Source: Squalus acanthias (taxonomy: Eukaryota). From it: a DNA stretch of 64,000 nucleotides. Shown one piece after another: positions 48,898 through 62,248 of the stretch. Numbering within the stretch: position 1 is the first letter of the stretch; every line of letters begins with the position of its first letter. The notes beneath the pieces were generated by a model, which worked only from the letters and a program-made list of their open reading frames with translations, did not search any database and was not told the origin of the DNA. The stretch spans positions 15,128,001-15,192,000 of the forward strand of contig CM059449.1 of NCBI GenBank assembly GCA_030390025.1. Reading direction: 5' to 3'. A program made the position numbers and the translations under genes.

Positions 48898-51800
48898 AGG
48901 CTTGTTATTCCAGAATAATACTGGCGTTTTGGGCGATGCGATGATTTTTTCGGTTAAATGAGATGCGTGGTGGCCATTTTAATTCATTTCACTGAGGTTC
49001 TGAATGTGGGTTTATTACTGTGTCTATTTCACTCCATCTTTCTCTGTGTCTCTCTCCATCTTTCTCTGTTATGTGGCTCGATGTCAAATTTTGTTCTATA
49101 ATGCTCCAGTGAAGCGCCCTGGGAGGTTTTACTATATTAAAGGCACTATACAAATACAAGTTGTTGTTGTTGTTGTCTCTCTTCAGCTTTCCCCGTCTCC
49201 CTCTCTAGACTGTTAACATCTAACAAGTGCACACAGGGCAATGTGATTTGTCATCATTTTAAATGGTAGACAGAAACATTTCAGAGTACATTTCAATCAA
49301 GATTAAAGCTGAGATAGAGAGAAAGAGAGAGAGAGAGAGAGAGTGGGAGAGAGAGATAGAGAGATTTTGTTTGACAACACTCCTGTGAAGTGCCCTGGGA
49401 GGTTTTACTTTGTTAAAGGCACTATTTAAATACAAGTTGTTGTCTCTCTCCATCTTTCTCTGTCTCCCTCTCTAAACTTTTAACATATAAAACATGCCAC
49501 ATAGAGCAATGTGATTTGTCTTTATTTTAAATGTTAGACAGAGACATTTCAATCCAGATTAAAGCTGAGATAGAGAGAAAGAAACAGAGAGAGCGAGAGC
49601 AGATCAGTGAAAGAAAGAAAAGAGGGACAAAGATGGGGACCTAGATATAAACAGAGAGAGGGGGAGATAGAACAAAAGAGAGGTAGAGATGGGGGGAGAG
49701 AGATAGGGACAGAGAGAGAGTGGGACACAGATGGAGGTGACTGTTAAATGCCAGAAGTGGAAGATGCACTGTAACATTTAATGTACGCACAGCACCAGTA
49801 CTGGCCCGAGCGGGTACGGGGCACTGCGAGGGAGAGGGACGGGGATCGCCAGTGTTGGTGTGTTTACAATGAGGCAGAAACAGATGGGCAGACAGGCAGA
49901 GAGAAGGAAACGGAGGGGCAGAAAGATGCAGCTGGAATAATGGAGAGAGAGAGGCAGAAGGAGAGACACAAAGGGAGAGAGACAGAGAGAAGCAGAAGGA
50001 GAGACAGAGAAACAGAGGGAGAGAGAAACAGTGGGAGAGACAAAGGGAGAGAAACGCACACACAGAAACAGAGAGAGAGAGAGAGAGACAACAACAACAA
50101 CCATTTATATAGTGCCTTTAAAGTAGTAACACGTCCAAGGGCGCTTCACAGGAGCATTAACAAACAAAATTTGACACCGAATCACATAAGGAGATATTAG
50201 GACAGATGACCAAAAGCTTGATCAGAGGTAGGTTTCAAGCAGCGTCTTAAAGACAGAAGGAGTTGACTCGGTTAAACACACAGGGAGAGACACAGGCTTT
50301 GGGGGTCTCCTGTGTGTCGTCACTGCCCCGCTCCCAGCCTCTGCAGAAAAGCCCCTCTGTAACACCCTTCCAGAATGTAGGGTTTAAAACTAAATCCTGG
50401 GACGCCGAGTTTAAAAAGTGTCCCTAAGGAATCAGCAGCATAATCCCTGTTTGTGGGAGCTTGCTGTGCACATATTGGCTGCCGCTTTTCCTACATTACA
50501 ACAGTGAGTACATTGGCGGCTGTAAAGCGCTCATGAGGTTGTGACATTAAAGTCCTCAACATGACCCGTCTAAAGGCTTTTACTAATTCCAGAATAATGC
50601 TGGTGTTTTGGACAATGCGATGATTGTGACTGTTAAGTGAGATGTGCGTTGGCCATTTTAACGAGGTTCTGAGTGTGACATTATTTCTGTGTCTCTCTGC
50701 ACCTCTTTCTGTATCTCTCGCTGATCCGACATTGCCCGGTTTAAACTAAAGTGCAAAAATAATATTGTCTCCATCGCTTGTTTCAGTTTCTCAGTCCCTC
50801 TCACTGATTCTGTATATTCTGTATATTAGTTTTTGTAGCTGTTTCTCTCACCCTCTCTGTATCCTCGCCCTTTCTCTTCTGTTCTCTCCCTCTGTTTCAC
50901 AGAGAGAGAGAAGAGATTTACAGGGAGAGAGAGAAACAGAGGAAGAGGCACAGTGAAACCACACACTCTTTGCCCAGTCCTGTGTAGGGATTTTGTGCGA
51001 GTGTTTCAGTGGCCAGTGTGGGATTAAAAGATTTTAAATCAGCAAAAAAAATGTCCCTGGTCAGAGCAGTGCTGCCCTGGGCTATCCGGGGATTAACATA
51101 TCAGTGAACAAGGCAGAATCAGAAATTTGCCCTTGTCAAACCAGTCCAGTGCCAGGATTAACACAACAATGGACAGAAACCGGGCGGAGAAGGACATCCC
51201 AAGATGTCAAAGGACCAAGGGAGGAGCTCCAGCCTACAGTCTACAAACTACTGAGTTGGGATGGGGGAGGGTGGGTGGGTCCAGTCCCAAAACCCACCCC
51301 ACTTTCTCCAGGGGAGGTGAACACATCTCAAGCCTTGTTCAGCCTCCGTGTGTCCTCCACCCCTCTCGTCAACCTTGTTCCTCTTTACATTCTCTGAGTT
51401 TATAACTGTAAATGCTGTTGCTGACAGGATATCCCTGGACCTGAGCGAGCGAGAATGAAGGATCTTGGGCTCTTGCTGTGTAGTTTACTTCTTAATTCAT
51501 TGCTTGCTTTGTTATAATCAAATTTAATTTTTCTCTCTTCCCCGAGGATAATTTCTATGGAAGCTGCAACGTGACGATGCAGAGAGTGTTTTGGGACGTG
51601 GTATCCTTGGAGAAGAGCTTCCTTCAGAGTTGAGTGACTGAGGCACCTCAGCACAGGCTGCACCCAATGTGTCTGTTCAACACCCCGGGATTCATTTCCG
51701 TCGCTTGCTCCCCCAATCGCCCAATATAACTTGTACATATTTCTGCACCTCACTCTCTCTCTGTACCTCTGTAGAAAAGGCGCTTAAGATGGCATACAAG

Positions 51801-52689
51801 ATACTTTCCATTATTAGCCGAGCAATACAATACAAGAGCAGGAAGGTTGTGCTAGAACTGTATCAAACACTAATTAGGCCACAGCTAGAGTACTATGTAC
51901 AGTTGTGGTCACATTACAGGAAAGGTGTGATTGCGATAGAGAGGGTACAGAGGAGATTCACAGGGATGTTGCTAGGATTGGAGAATTTTAGCTATGAGGA
52001 AAGATTGGATAGGCTGGGTTTGTTTTCTTTGGAATAGATGAGACTGAGGAAGAATAAATAGAGGTGCATAAAATTACGAGGGGCCTAGATAGAGTGGATA
52101 GGAAGGACTTATTTCCATCAGCAGCGAAGTCAATAACCAGGGGACATATATGCACTTGAAGTGCCATAACCTATAAGGCGACGGACCAAGAGCAGCAAAT
52201 TGGGATTAGGCTGGATAGTTTTATAAATCAGCCAGCACAGACACGATGGGCCGAATGGCTTCCCTCTGTGCCATAAACTTGTATGATTCCCTTTCTTTGT
52301 CCCTATTTTTCCATCTCTATTTCCCTTACAGTCTGGGATCATTGACAGAGAAACACACAGGCGGTACAGTCAGACACACCTGTCCCTGTAGACACATCAG
52401 GGGTTAAATTTACACTGGAGTTCTCTAGATTGCCGAATGCAAGCTGTATATTCATCTCCCTCCCTCTTTAGTCACATCTCTGTATCTGCACATCTTTCTT
52501 TATATCTGTATCTCTCTCCATCCTACTTTATCTCTTCCTGCAACTTTAATCTTTGCATCCGTTCATCTCCCTCTCTACTCTTTTCTGTATCTGCATCTTT
52601 CTTGATATCGCTGCCTCTCCATCACTTTCTCTGTATCTGCATCACGCTTTATGTCTTTCTCTATATCTCCAACTCGTTATACAGGCCGC

Positions 52690-53510
52690 AGGATACGGGG
52701 GGGGGGGCGGGTGGGGTAGTGGGGTGGATGGAGATATACGGCGGGGGGGGGGGGGGATTTAGACAGCGGAGGGGAGGAATTAACAGGGGCAATATAGAGT
52801 CAGTTCACAGGGCTGGAGTTAGGAATAAATAGCCGGGGGGCGGGGGAATAAACTGCGTTTTGTGCTTATTGCAGGGGGGCAGATATTTTGTGCTTGGTGA
52901 GGGGGGTGGGGGTTAGTCATTTTCTGCTTGGTGCGGGGGAGCAGCCATTTTGTGGTTGTTGCGGGTGGAGTATTTTAGACAGTTGTGTAAGTGAGTCACA
53001 CAAGGGGCAAAATAGATTTTCACCAGCAGGGGGGAGGGTGATTCACAGGGCGGTGGTGGGGTGGGGAGGAGGGGCATTATACATGTATGGAGATATATGG
53101 GGGTATTATGCAGGGGGCTTGTGGAGTTTCAGCAAGAGTGGGAAGGTGTTTCACAGAGGGAGAGATATACAGGGAGATGGGGTGAATTATACAGGGGCAG
53201 TTATAAAGGGGGAGCATACGGGTGGATTATACAGGGGAGGGGGGAGGAGATAAGCGAGGAGAATTATACAAGTGTGTGTAATTCAAAGGTGTATTAATCG
53301 GGGCATTTCAAAGCGAGGGAAATTATAGGTGGAGATTAAACGGGGAGTTTCATGGGGGGAGCTTCACGAGGGGGCATAGTATGCAGGGGTATTATACGAG
53401 GGGCGGAGGTGGGGAGTTTAATGGGGTGTAGTATACCAGACGGCAGGGGGTGGAAGATTCACAGGGGTATAGTATACAGGGGTGTATCACAGGGGTATAG
53501 TATACAGGGG
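52690..53510 (+). repeat. G-rich low-complexity tract with acagggg/tatacagggg repeats
   Basis: Many G4-G14 runs and a strong strand G skew. Confidence 0.7.
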
Positions 53511-53547
53511 AGTTAACGTTTCAGGTCGTTGGCCCTTCGTCAGAACT
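53511..53547 (-). ncRNA. Minimal hammerhead motif at the cassette-3 left junction
   Basis: AGUU-CUGACGA-AGGGCCAACGACCU-GAAA-CGUU-AACU. Confidence 0.55.
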
Positions 53548-53870
53548 GGAAAAAGTTGGAGATGGAACAGGATTTTAAGCAAGTGTAGGGGCAGGGAAAG
53601 GGGGGAGGGAGGGAAAGGGGGAGTTGAGGAAAGAACAAAAGGGAAGGTCTGTGATAGGATGGAAGGCAGGAGAGATTAAGAGACAAAAGGGATGATGTTG
53701 CAAGGCAAAAGGAGATGGTAATGGGACAAGATCGGAAACAAAATTAGACTCTAGATGATGTGTAAATGGCAATGGCAGAATGATCGACCACCCCACCATT
53801 TTCTTACATTATCTTTCACTTTAACCAAGCGCCACCATACTGACTATATTATTGCTTCTGTTTCTAACAG

Positions 53871-53929
53871 GAGCTGGAGTCGAGCCTATCTGCCATTTCC
53901 CCACACTTAGCGTTGGATTACAAGTATAA
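53871..53929 (+). pseudogene. B3: relic activating TM exon truncated by a deletion
   Basis: Acceptor intact; encodes RAGVEPICHFPTLSVGLQV* and then jumps to sequence lying several hundred bp downstream in B1/B2; no dedicated V or leader in this copy. Confidence 0.8.
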
Positions 53930-54419
53930 TGTCCAGTTTGTGCAGGATCTTTAATGTTACAGCACATGTTCTTTTACCCTATGAAACTCTGCTGCCCGTG
54001 TCCTAACATGCAGCAAGTCCCGTTCGCACATCTCCCCTGTGCTCGGTGATCTACATTGGGTCTCGGGCCCCACAAATCCCCGAGATATCTGCGCTCCTCT
54101 AATTCTGTCCTCTTGAGCATCCCTGATTATAATCGCTCAACCATTGGTGGCTGTGCCTTCTGTTGCCTAGGCCCTAAGCTCTGGAATTCCCTGCTTAAAC
54201 CTCTCTGCCTCGCTACCTCTCTTTCCTCCTTTAAGATGTTTCTTTAAAACCTACCTCTTTGATAAAGCTTTTGTTCATCTGCCCTAATTTCTCCCTATAT
54301 GGCTCGGTGTACATTTTTTTTGACTAACAATACTCCTGTGAAGCACCATGGGACGTTTTACTACGTTAAAGGCGCTATATACAAATAAGTTGTTGTTGTT
54401 GAATCCTTTAAATTTCGAT

Positions 54420-55162
54420 GGGCCGAAAATTGATCCCGGGACGCGAGAGTACGCACTGCATACTCTCGCGTATTCCCACTCCAATTGCCGGTTTTCTGCA
54501 TGCCCTGCGCATGCGCTGAAAACCGGCAATTGCTCTTCCGAAAAGGGGGCGGGGCCGGAGTGCATCGCGTGCGCGCTACAGGCTGCGCGCACGCTGTGCA
54601 CTTCATGCTTTGGACGCGCAGGTAAGTACTGAAGATTTTGAAATGTAAAAAGGAGGAGTAAGACCCGCTTTTAAGAAGGTAAGTAGTGAATTAAGTATTT
54701 TTTTGAATTTTTTTTTACAGGTATATCTTTTTTATAGACTTTAAAGACAGGTAAGTTTATTTTTATAACTTTTTAAAAGATTTTAAATTTTTTCAAAAAT
54801 TTAATTTTTTATTTAAAATGGTTAATTTAATTAACTATACTTATTTTATTAATGTGATGGGGTTTTTTTTAAATTTAATTGAGGTTTAGCTGTTATTTTG
54901 GGGGGGTGTAAGATTCATAAGTCTCTCAGCCATGCTGTGAGACTTATGAATGGAAGATGGTGTGCTGCCATTGGCTCTAACTGAGTCACGTGATCCCACA
55001 GCTCGCACGAATTAACTACGCCGCTGGGATACGCAAGCCCAGCACAGCTGATGTCTGGAACATCAATTTCGTGCGAGCTGGATCAGAAAAAGCATAAGCG
55101 AGGTGAGACATCGCGGGAAAGGCTTACCCCCGCGGGAACAGAGCGAGATCAATTTCTGGGCC
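54420..55162. mobile_element. Diverged member of the same TIR family, opposite orientation
   Basis: Ends GGGCCGAAAATTGATC / GATCAATTTCTGGGCC, flanked by AT...AT; empty site at ~42145. Confidence 0.8.
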
Positions 55163-56724
55163 ATTATAACAGCAGTCTTGTGCTGGTCAGGAGTCTTGAT
55201 TACTCATCCTGTGACTCTAAAGAAGATCCACTTCCACTGCCTAAGGGAGAACTATCTGTTGGTAAATTACAATTGTCCAAGTCTCGAGAACAGGTCCTTG
55301 GCTGCTTATATGGTAGAAATCAACTGACTTTACAAAAGCGACATTCTGATAACGTATTACTACAACGTGATATTTTTATGATATTATAAATGTCTTCTGG
55401 GACTACTTTTGTTTATTTTGCTAATTATTGTGAAAGGTTTTGCTGTCTTTAATTCAATAGTGCTCGACATGGGACTAACCTCGATACTTGCTTGCAATGC
55501 CTTTAACTGAATGCTGTGCACGATCTATTCAAAATGCATGGATGCTTCCGATGTGCTTTTTTATTGGCCCCTTTATGCGAGACTTTCTAATATAATGTGG
55601 CGTATCTACACCCCGTATGAAAGGGCTCTTGGAATTTTTACCCCCGATTAAAGCGAACGCTTTCTTTCTCGTGTTTAATCCAAATTGTTCTTTACTTGCT
55701 GGGATTAGTAGAAGTCCCATCCTCAGCTTGTCAGCAACAACTTTCGTGCACCCCAGTGCTTCCGTAGGGGATTCTAGGACTAGGGGGCAGTGTTTAAAAA
55801 TTAGAGCCAGACCTTTCAAGAGTGAAATTAGGAAACACTTCTACACACAAAGGGTGGTAGATCTTTGGAACTCCCTTCTGCAAACGGCAATTGATGCTAG
55901 ATCAATTGTTAATTTTAAATCCGAGGCTGATAGATTTCTGTTAACTAAAGATATTAAGAGATATGGGCCAAAGGTGGGAAAAGCGAGAGTGGCCGGAGGG
56001 AGATCTAGAGATGCGCGGCAAAAAGTGAGGCTGTGATTCGAAGATCAGCGAGTAGAAGGGAAGGGTGTGTGTGAAACTCAACCGCACCTGACAAGAAGTG
56101 GGAGGAGCCTGGAAAAGGCCGCCGAGCCCCGGGAAAGACCGCCTTTAGAAAGTGAGAGTGCTGCAAATTCAGCAGTCGAGGTTTGGAGAGGGAGGGGAAT
56201 TGGGACGGCGGGCGCTCGGGAAACTCCCCCGTTAGCCAGTCGGCCTCTGAGGGGAAGTTTGCGAGCCGGATGAAACTGGTGGACAGGGGAATGTGGGACT
56301 ATAAATACACACGAATACCACCAACAGCAATTTCCAGGCCTAAAGTGACCGTAATGTGCTTGATGCCACTGCTTCTGATCTGTGATGTGCACTTACATCT
56401 GCACTCAGATTGTGCAGCTAAAGGTATCACATTCATTAAGCTATTCACATATACAGAGAGGCACAGGCACGACGGGCCGAACGCCCTCCTTCTGTGCTAT
56501 ATCATTGAATAGGAGGAACTATTGGAATGATGGAGGTGTTGATGTCCAGGTGTCCAACTGAGTTCCTGGCAGGCGTTGTGCAGGACAGGGGCAATGAGAG
56601 CAAGTGCAGCCATTGGAATATAAAGTTGAAATCCGCTCTCATGTCCTTGGCCCAGGGCTGAAACCAGTCACAGATGAAAGACAGCTCTTTCTACTGGCTG
56701 TGAGGGCCCCCTGAAAAATGCTGA

Positions 56725-57357
56725 ACATAATATGAATTAGGAGCAGTGCTCAGCCATTTGGCCTTTCAGCCTGCTCCGCCATTCAATAAGATCGTGGCTG
56801 CGCTTCTACCTCATCTCCACTTTCCTGAACAATCCCCATATCCCTTGATTCCCTTAATATTCAAAATTCTATCGATCTCTGCCTTGAATATACTCAATGA
56901 CTGAGCCTCCACAGCTCTCTGGGGTAGAGAATTCCAAAGATTCACCACCCTCTGTGTGAAGAAATGTCTCCTCATCTCAGTCCTAAATGGCCGACCCCTT
57001 ATTCTGAGACTGTGAACCTTGGTTCTAGTCTCCCCAGCCAGGGGAAACATCCTCCCTGAATTTACCCTGTCAAGCCCTTTAAGAATGTTGTATGTTTCAA
57101 TGAGATCACCTCTCATTCTTCTAAACTCGAGAGAATATAGGCCTAGTCTACTCAATCTCTGCACATAGGACAATCCCCCCATCCCAGGAGCCAGTCTGGT
57201 GAAACTTCCTTGCACTCCCTCTGTGGCAAGTATACCCTTCCTTAGGTAAGGAGACCAAAACTGTGCACAATACTCTAGGTGTGGTCTCACCAGGGCCCTT
57301 TATAATTGCAGTAAGACGTCTATACTCTTATACTCAAATCCTCTTGTAATAAAGGCA
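56725..57357 (-). mobile_element. CR1 LINE 3' fragment
   Basis: ORF 56811-57290. Confidence 0.82.
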
Positions 57358-58540
57358 ACCAGTCTGTTCCCAGTTCCTAACGGATGTGGTTCCACAGCAC
57401 AAATCTTCAACATTGATTGTCACAAAAGTGGAAATCTCAACCAATCGGTAAAACCCTTACTTCTGGGGCAGAATTTTGCGGCTCAATCCCCACTCCAGGA
57501 GTTGAGCACGTAAAGTAGGCGAATGTCCACTGCAACACTGAGGGTTCTGGAGTTAAGCCTGGGAGGATCAAAAGGGAACGTTTGGCCGGTAACTTGGCAT
57601 TGCAGTAACGGAAGGCGCTGGATTCTCCTTTCATCAAAATGAATGGAAGGAAATTCCAGCGTTGGAACCTTCCCATGAGATTTTCCCTCCATGCTGTGTC
57701 CCGGCGATGGTGAACGCCTAGACAGTGAAGACAAAAAATCTACCCGCATCATTCGGAAAGTAGTTAGTTGTGCCGAGCTTTGAGACATCCTGCCAAGTAA
57801 TCATTTCTCGGGGAGATGGTTCTGCCGATCTCCTGCCGTGACATCGCCGGAAGTTCGGCAGAAACCCCGGTTTAGCTATCACGCGCTTCTGCTGAGTACC
57901 GCCGATCTTCCGCCGATGTTACCACAGGAGAGCGGGAGAACCCCGCATAAGTTATCACCCCCCCTTGAGTTTAACAAAAAGCATTCATTTTAATAAAACG
58001 GAAAATCAACAGAACAACCTGGCATGGGTCAACTGAGAAGAACTTTTATTGCGAAAATATCAAATACTATATAGGATTATGATGAAATGTAAGGAGTTAT
58101 GTGATGAAACTAGGCCGAGTGAACAGTAACGAGTATGAACGCTCAACATGTTGGTTTTCATTTTAACAGCGACATGAACCAGTTTATTTTCTAGGATAGC
58201 ACGCCCCTTAATTTCGGGGACTAATTCTTGTCATACAAATGTGATAAATGTTCACAACTAACACAAAGAGTCTGATGTTAAAGCATTGGAGATTCCAAGC
58301 CCTTGTTGCTGAATTATGTGTGGAGAAACCTCACTCACGAAGTTAGAGGACAAAACATTCGCCTGGAAATTCCCATGGAGGGTTCACTGATCATCCGCCG
58401 TTGAAGATCCCACAGAACGCCCGAGCTTCCGCCCAAGTTACGGCGGGAGAATGGGACAACTCTGCGGAAATTCCACCAGTTCTCCATCGCGGGTGGGGGC
58501 AGGTGCTTCTCATCATTGGGGTGAAATGTGTCGGCTCCTC

Positions 58541-58648
58541 TTACTTCACCGAAGCGTACAGCACCCCTTCTCGCTTTACACGGCGCTCAGTTTGATTGCT
58601 GTCCTGAATATTCAGCGTGGCGTATTGCAACTTGTCACCCCCCTCTCT
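58541..58648 (-). CDS. NCR3-like: A3 last exon with two ITIMs
   Basis: Encodes REGGDKLQYATLNIQDSNQTERRVKREGVLYASVK*. Confidence 0.85.
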   Translation of the reverse strand, partial: REGGDKLQYATLNIQDSNQTERRVKREGVLYASVK

Positions 58649-60179
58649 CTATTGAGATGAAAGTGTTTCAATGTTGAATAAAATATTGTAAACTGAATAT
58701 AGCGTAGGGCCTCAAACCCAGCGCACCAGATGTTGTGCAGTTTCAATGGAATATAATTCAACCCAGTAAACATTCTACATATAATTCGCATATGACTCCA
58801 CCTATCAGATATTGTTTCGTTAAATAGGATAGATCGCGCCGTCCTAAATATTCCTGTCCTTTTGAATATATTTCAGCTACTCAACGATTGCACGATTTAA
58901 GTAACAAGCAAGGGAAACCGTCGACCTAATTAACACATCATTATCATGTTAAAATCCATGCATTTAGAACAATTCACACTTAATGAATTGAGGAGCAGTG
59001 GGTCAGTCAGCATCTGGGAAAGACAGATTAACATTTGGGAATAACTGTTCAGGAGCACATTCCGTTGAAGGCAACGTGCCAACCCACGTTTACCCTGTGT
59101 TGTCTCTTCCAGGTGCTGCCTGACCTACTTTGCATATCCAGCATTTTCTGTTACGGCTTCAGATTTCCTCCTTATCTCGACTTTGTCAAAGTAGGTGTAT
59201 TTTTGCGTGTGCATGCCTGGGTCCCACTATTTTGGGGTCTATTTTAATGTTCCTGGGTGTATCTCGTGCTTTTTGTATTCGTTATTGGGATGTGGGCGTC
59301 GCTGGCAAGGCCAGAATGTATTGCCCATCCACAGTTGCCTTTGAGAAGGTGGTGGTGAGCCGCCTTCTTGAACCGTTGCAGTCAAGGTATTCCCACACTG
59401 TTTTTCATAGCGGCTTTTTACAACTTAGTGGCTATTTTGGAGGAGAGCTGAGAGTCAGCCAGATTGCTGTGGGTCTGGAGTCACATGTGGGCCAGACCAG
59501 GTAAGGACGGCAGATTTCCTTCCCTAAGGGGCATCAGTGAACAAGGTGGGTTTTTACGACAATCCGATAGTTTCATGTCACCATTACTGATACTAGCGTT
59601 TTAGTCCAGATTTATTTAATTACATTTAAATTTCCCATTTGCCGTGGTGGGGTTTGAACTGACGTCGCACGGAGCATTAGCCCAGCTCTGATGGATTACT
59701 AGTCCAGTAACATAAGCAGTATGCTACCGTTCCCTATATATGCTTGTGCATGCACCTGCTTATTTGTGTGTGGCTATATGTATTTGCGAGTGTCTGTGAG
59801 AGTGTGTCTTTCTGTGTGTGCAGGTGTTTGAATTCTGGAACTGTTAGGTTTCATTTCATGTCTTTCCTGGTTGGCTTTCTGTTGAACTATACCGAATATT
59901 TTAGTCCCGCCTCTCTTCAATTTCGATTTTCAACTTGCCGCGCCTGTGCGTAAAACTGGCGTTTGGGATGGGCCGCACCTGTGCTTTACGCCTGTGTGGC
60001 AAGTTGAGAATCTACCCCACATCTTCAAGAAGAAAAGTTGAGGCCTTCCAACCTCGTTCCATCTTTAGATTTTTACATCCAACTGAGAGAACTTTTTACA
60101 TGATAATCTACCGGGAAAAGTAAACAAGAGGTCAGGGTTTAAAAATAACAAAAATAGCCCAAGTCGTTGTGGTACATAC

Positions 60180-60220
60180 CCGATTTGTTCTTCTGCACTC
60201 AGAGCTGTCATTATTCCTGT
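60180..60220 (-). CDS. NCR3-like: A3 cytoplasmic exon 3
   Basis: tatag| ... |gtatgt; encodes DRNNDSSECRRTNR. Confidence 0.72.
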
Positions 60221-61769
60221 CTATAAAGCATAGAAAAAAGAAAGAAGAAAGACTTGCATTTATATAGCGCCTTTCACCACCTCAGGACGTCCCTAAGCGC
60301 TTCACAGCCAATCAAGTACTTTTTGAAATGTTGTCGCCGTTGTAATGTAGGAAACGCCGCAGCCAATTTGCGCACAGCAAGCTCCCACAATCTACAATCT
60401 GACAATGGCCAAATAAACTGTTTCAGTGATGTTGATTGAGGGACAAACATTGGTCGGGACACCGGGGAGAACTCCCCTGCTCTTCTTCAAAATAGTGCCA
60501 AATGATATTTTACGTTTAGCTGAGAGAGCAGACGGAGCCTCGGTCTATTCTCACATCTAAAAGACGGTATCTCTGACAGTGCAACGCTCCCTCAGTACTG
60601 CACTGGGAGTGTCAGCCTAGATTTTTGTGCTCAAGTCTCTGGAGTGGGAACTTGAAACACACAGCTTTCAATGTTTCAGAGGCAAGGGTGTTACCAACTG
60701 AGCCACGGGAAATGACACTGCCTAATTTAATTTACTTGAACAGTGTATACAGTACAATACAACATATTGTGCCTTAGATATGGCGCTGTAATACACTGTG
60801 GTATAATGCTATAGGATACAACATAACATAGTATAAAACAGGAGAACGCAATAAAATAAAGTATACAGTAGGATGTACCGTATTGCACAACAATAAACCG
60901 ATAAAATTAGTATGGTCCAATATATAATACGCTACCACGCAATATAAAACAGCATAAGGTTCTTCTGTGCGATATAAACGGTGTTCATGTCAGATTCCTA
61001 CGCCCACTATTTTAACTGTTTACTTTAAACTAATGCAAAAAGCAATTTGATATGAGCGCGCCAAGCACTTGTACGAGAATAGGGTGATGTCCAGGCTAAT
61101 CTACTATAATATATGATATATAATACAGCATGACATTGAAACGTACTATTAAATATCATGGAATAATTTATCACAAAAAAATCAGCGTGTGGTAAGAAAA
61201 TATTATAAAATATTGTATTATCCATAGACCTTAACACTTCCAATTGACTTTGTGGCCAATATGTGTAACATGTGTCACTCAATAGCGGTTCTGGAAACAA
61301 GAGTTATTGAATCATAGACTCAAACAGCACAGAAGGAGGCCATTCGGCCCAACCTGCCTGTGCCGGCTCTCTGAAAGAGCAATAATTAGTCCCACGACCC
61401 CCTGCTCTTTCCCCATAGCCCTGAAACAGTTCCCTTGTTCAGCATTTATCCAATTCCCTTTGAAAGGTATTATTGACTCTGTTTCCACCATCCTTTCAGG
61501 CAGCGCATTCCAGATCACAACAACTCACTGAGTAAATAAAAATTCTCCTAATTTCCCCCTCGCATTTTTTCCCCAGTATCTTAAATCTGCGTCCTCTGGT
61601 TGTCGACAGAATAATCAGACAGATCAATACTGAACTCTTGGTCAACGGATTATACCTGATAGATAAGAAAATTAACCACATTATCAATTAAAACAAATTA
61701 AATCGAAGGAGTAAGCGTTCGGAGTTTATTAAAAATGACAGGTTGCTCACGTTTCTTTCTGTCACCCAC

Positions 61770-61804
61770 CTGTTTCATGGATCACTGAGTCGAGCGGATC
61801 TGGA
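61770..61804 (-). CDS. NCR3-like: A3 cytoplasmic exon 2 (Tyr lost)
   Basis: Encodes SPDPLDSVIHET; splice sites intact. Confidence 0.75.
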
Positions 61805-61915
61805 CTGAAGCAAAAGAGGACATCAGAAAATGTAGGCATCCAAAACAATAAAATACATTAAAGAAAAAGAAAGTGGCTTTCTTTAAATAAAAAGTAGATC
61901 AATGTAAACAGTTAC

Positions 61916-61937
61916 CTGGTGGGTTGCTGAAGAGCGA
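61916..61937 (-). CDS. NCR3-like: A3 cytoplasmic micro-exon 1
   Basis: Identical 22-nt exon to A1 (VALQQPT). Confidence 0.72.
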
Positions 61938-62248
61938 CTGTGAGGAGAGAAAGACAAAGACAGAAAAATTAAAGAGCTGAATTTATTGATTATATCTGCA
62001 AGAAGCAAATGAAATAATTGGTATCGAATGAAGTGAATTAAATTTTGGGGGCAATTTTAACCAAACACGCGGAGAAACGGACGGGATCGGGGGCAACGTC
62101 TTGAAGTCAAATGAGAGCAATATTGGGCGGGTCTAAACCCGGAGTTCCACCCGATCCCCTGCATTTCCCGCCCGGTGAATTAGGATAAAATTACCAGAGA
62201 ATTTGCCAACCACATGGAATTTAGTAGAGGTACACTTAGTGCTGTTAC

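Noticed and set aside
49641-50200. Hydrophobic and charged ORFs resembling membrane proteins
   Set aside because: Translation artefacts of AG/CT microsatellite-like sequence
51547-51633. Possible exon DNFYGSCNVTMQRVFWDVVSLEKSFLQS* in the inserted block
   Set aside because: Weak GAG acceptor, no recognisable homology and no partner exons
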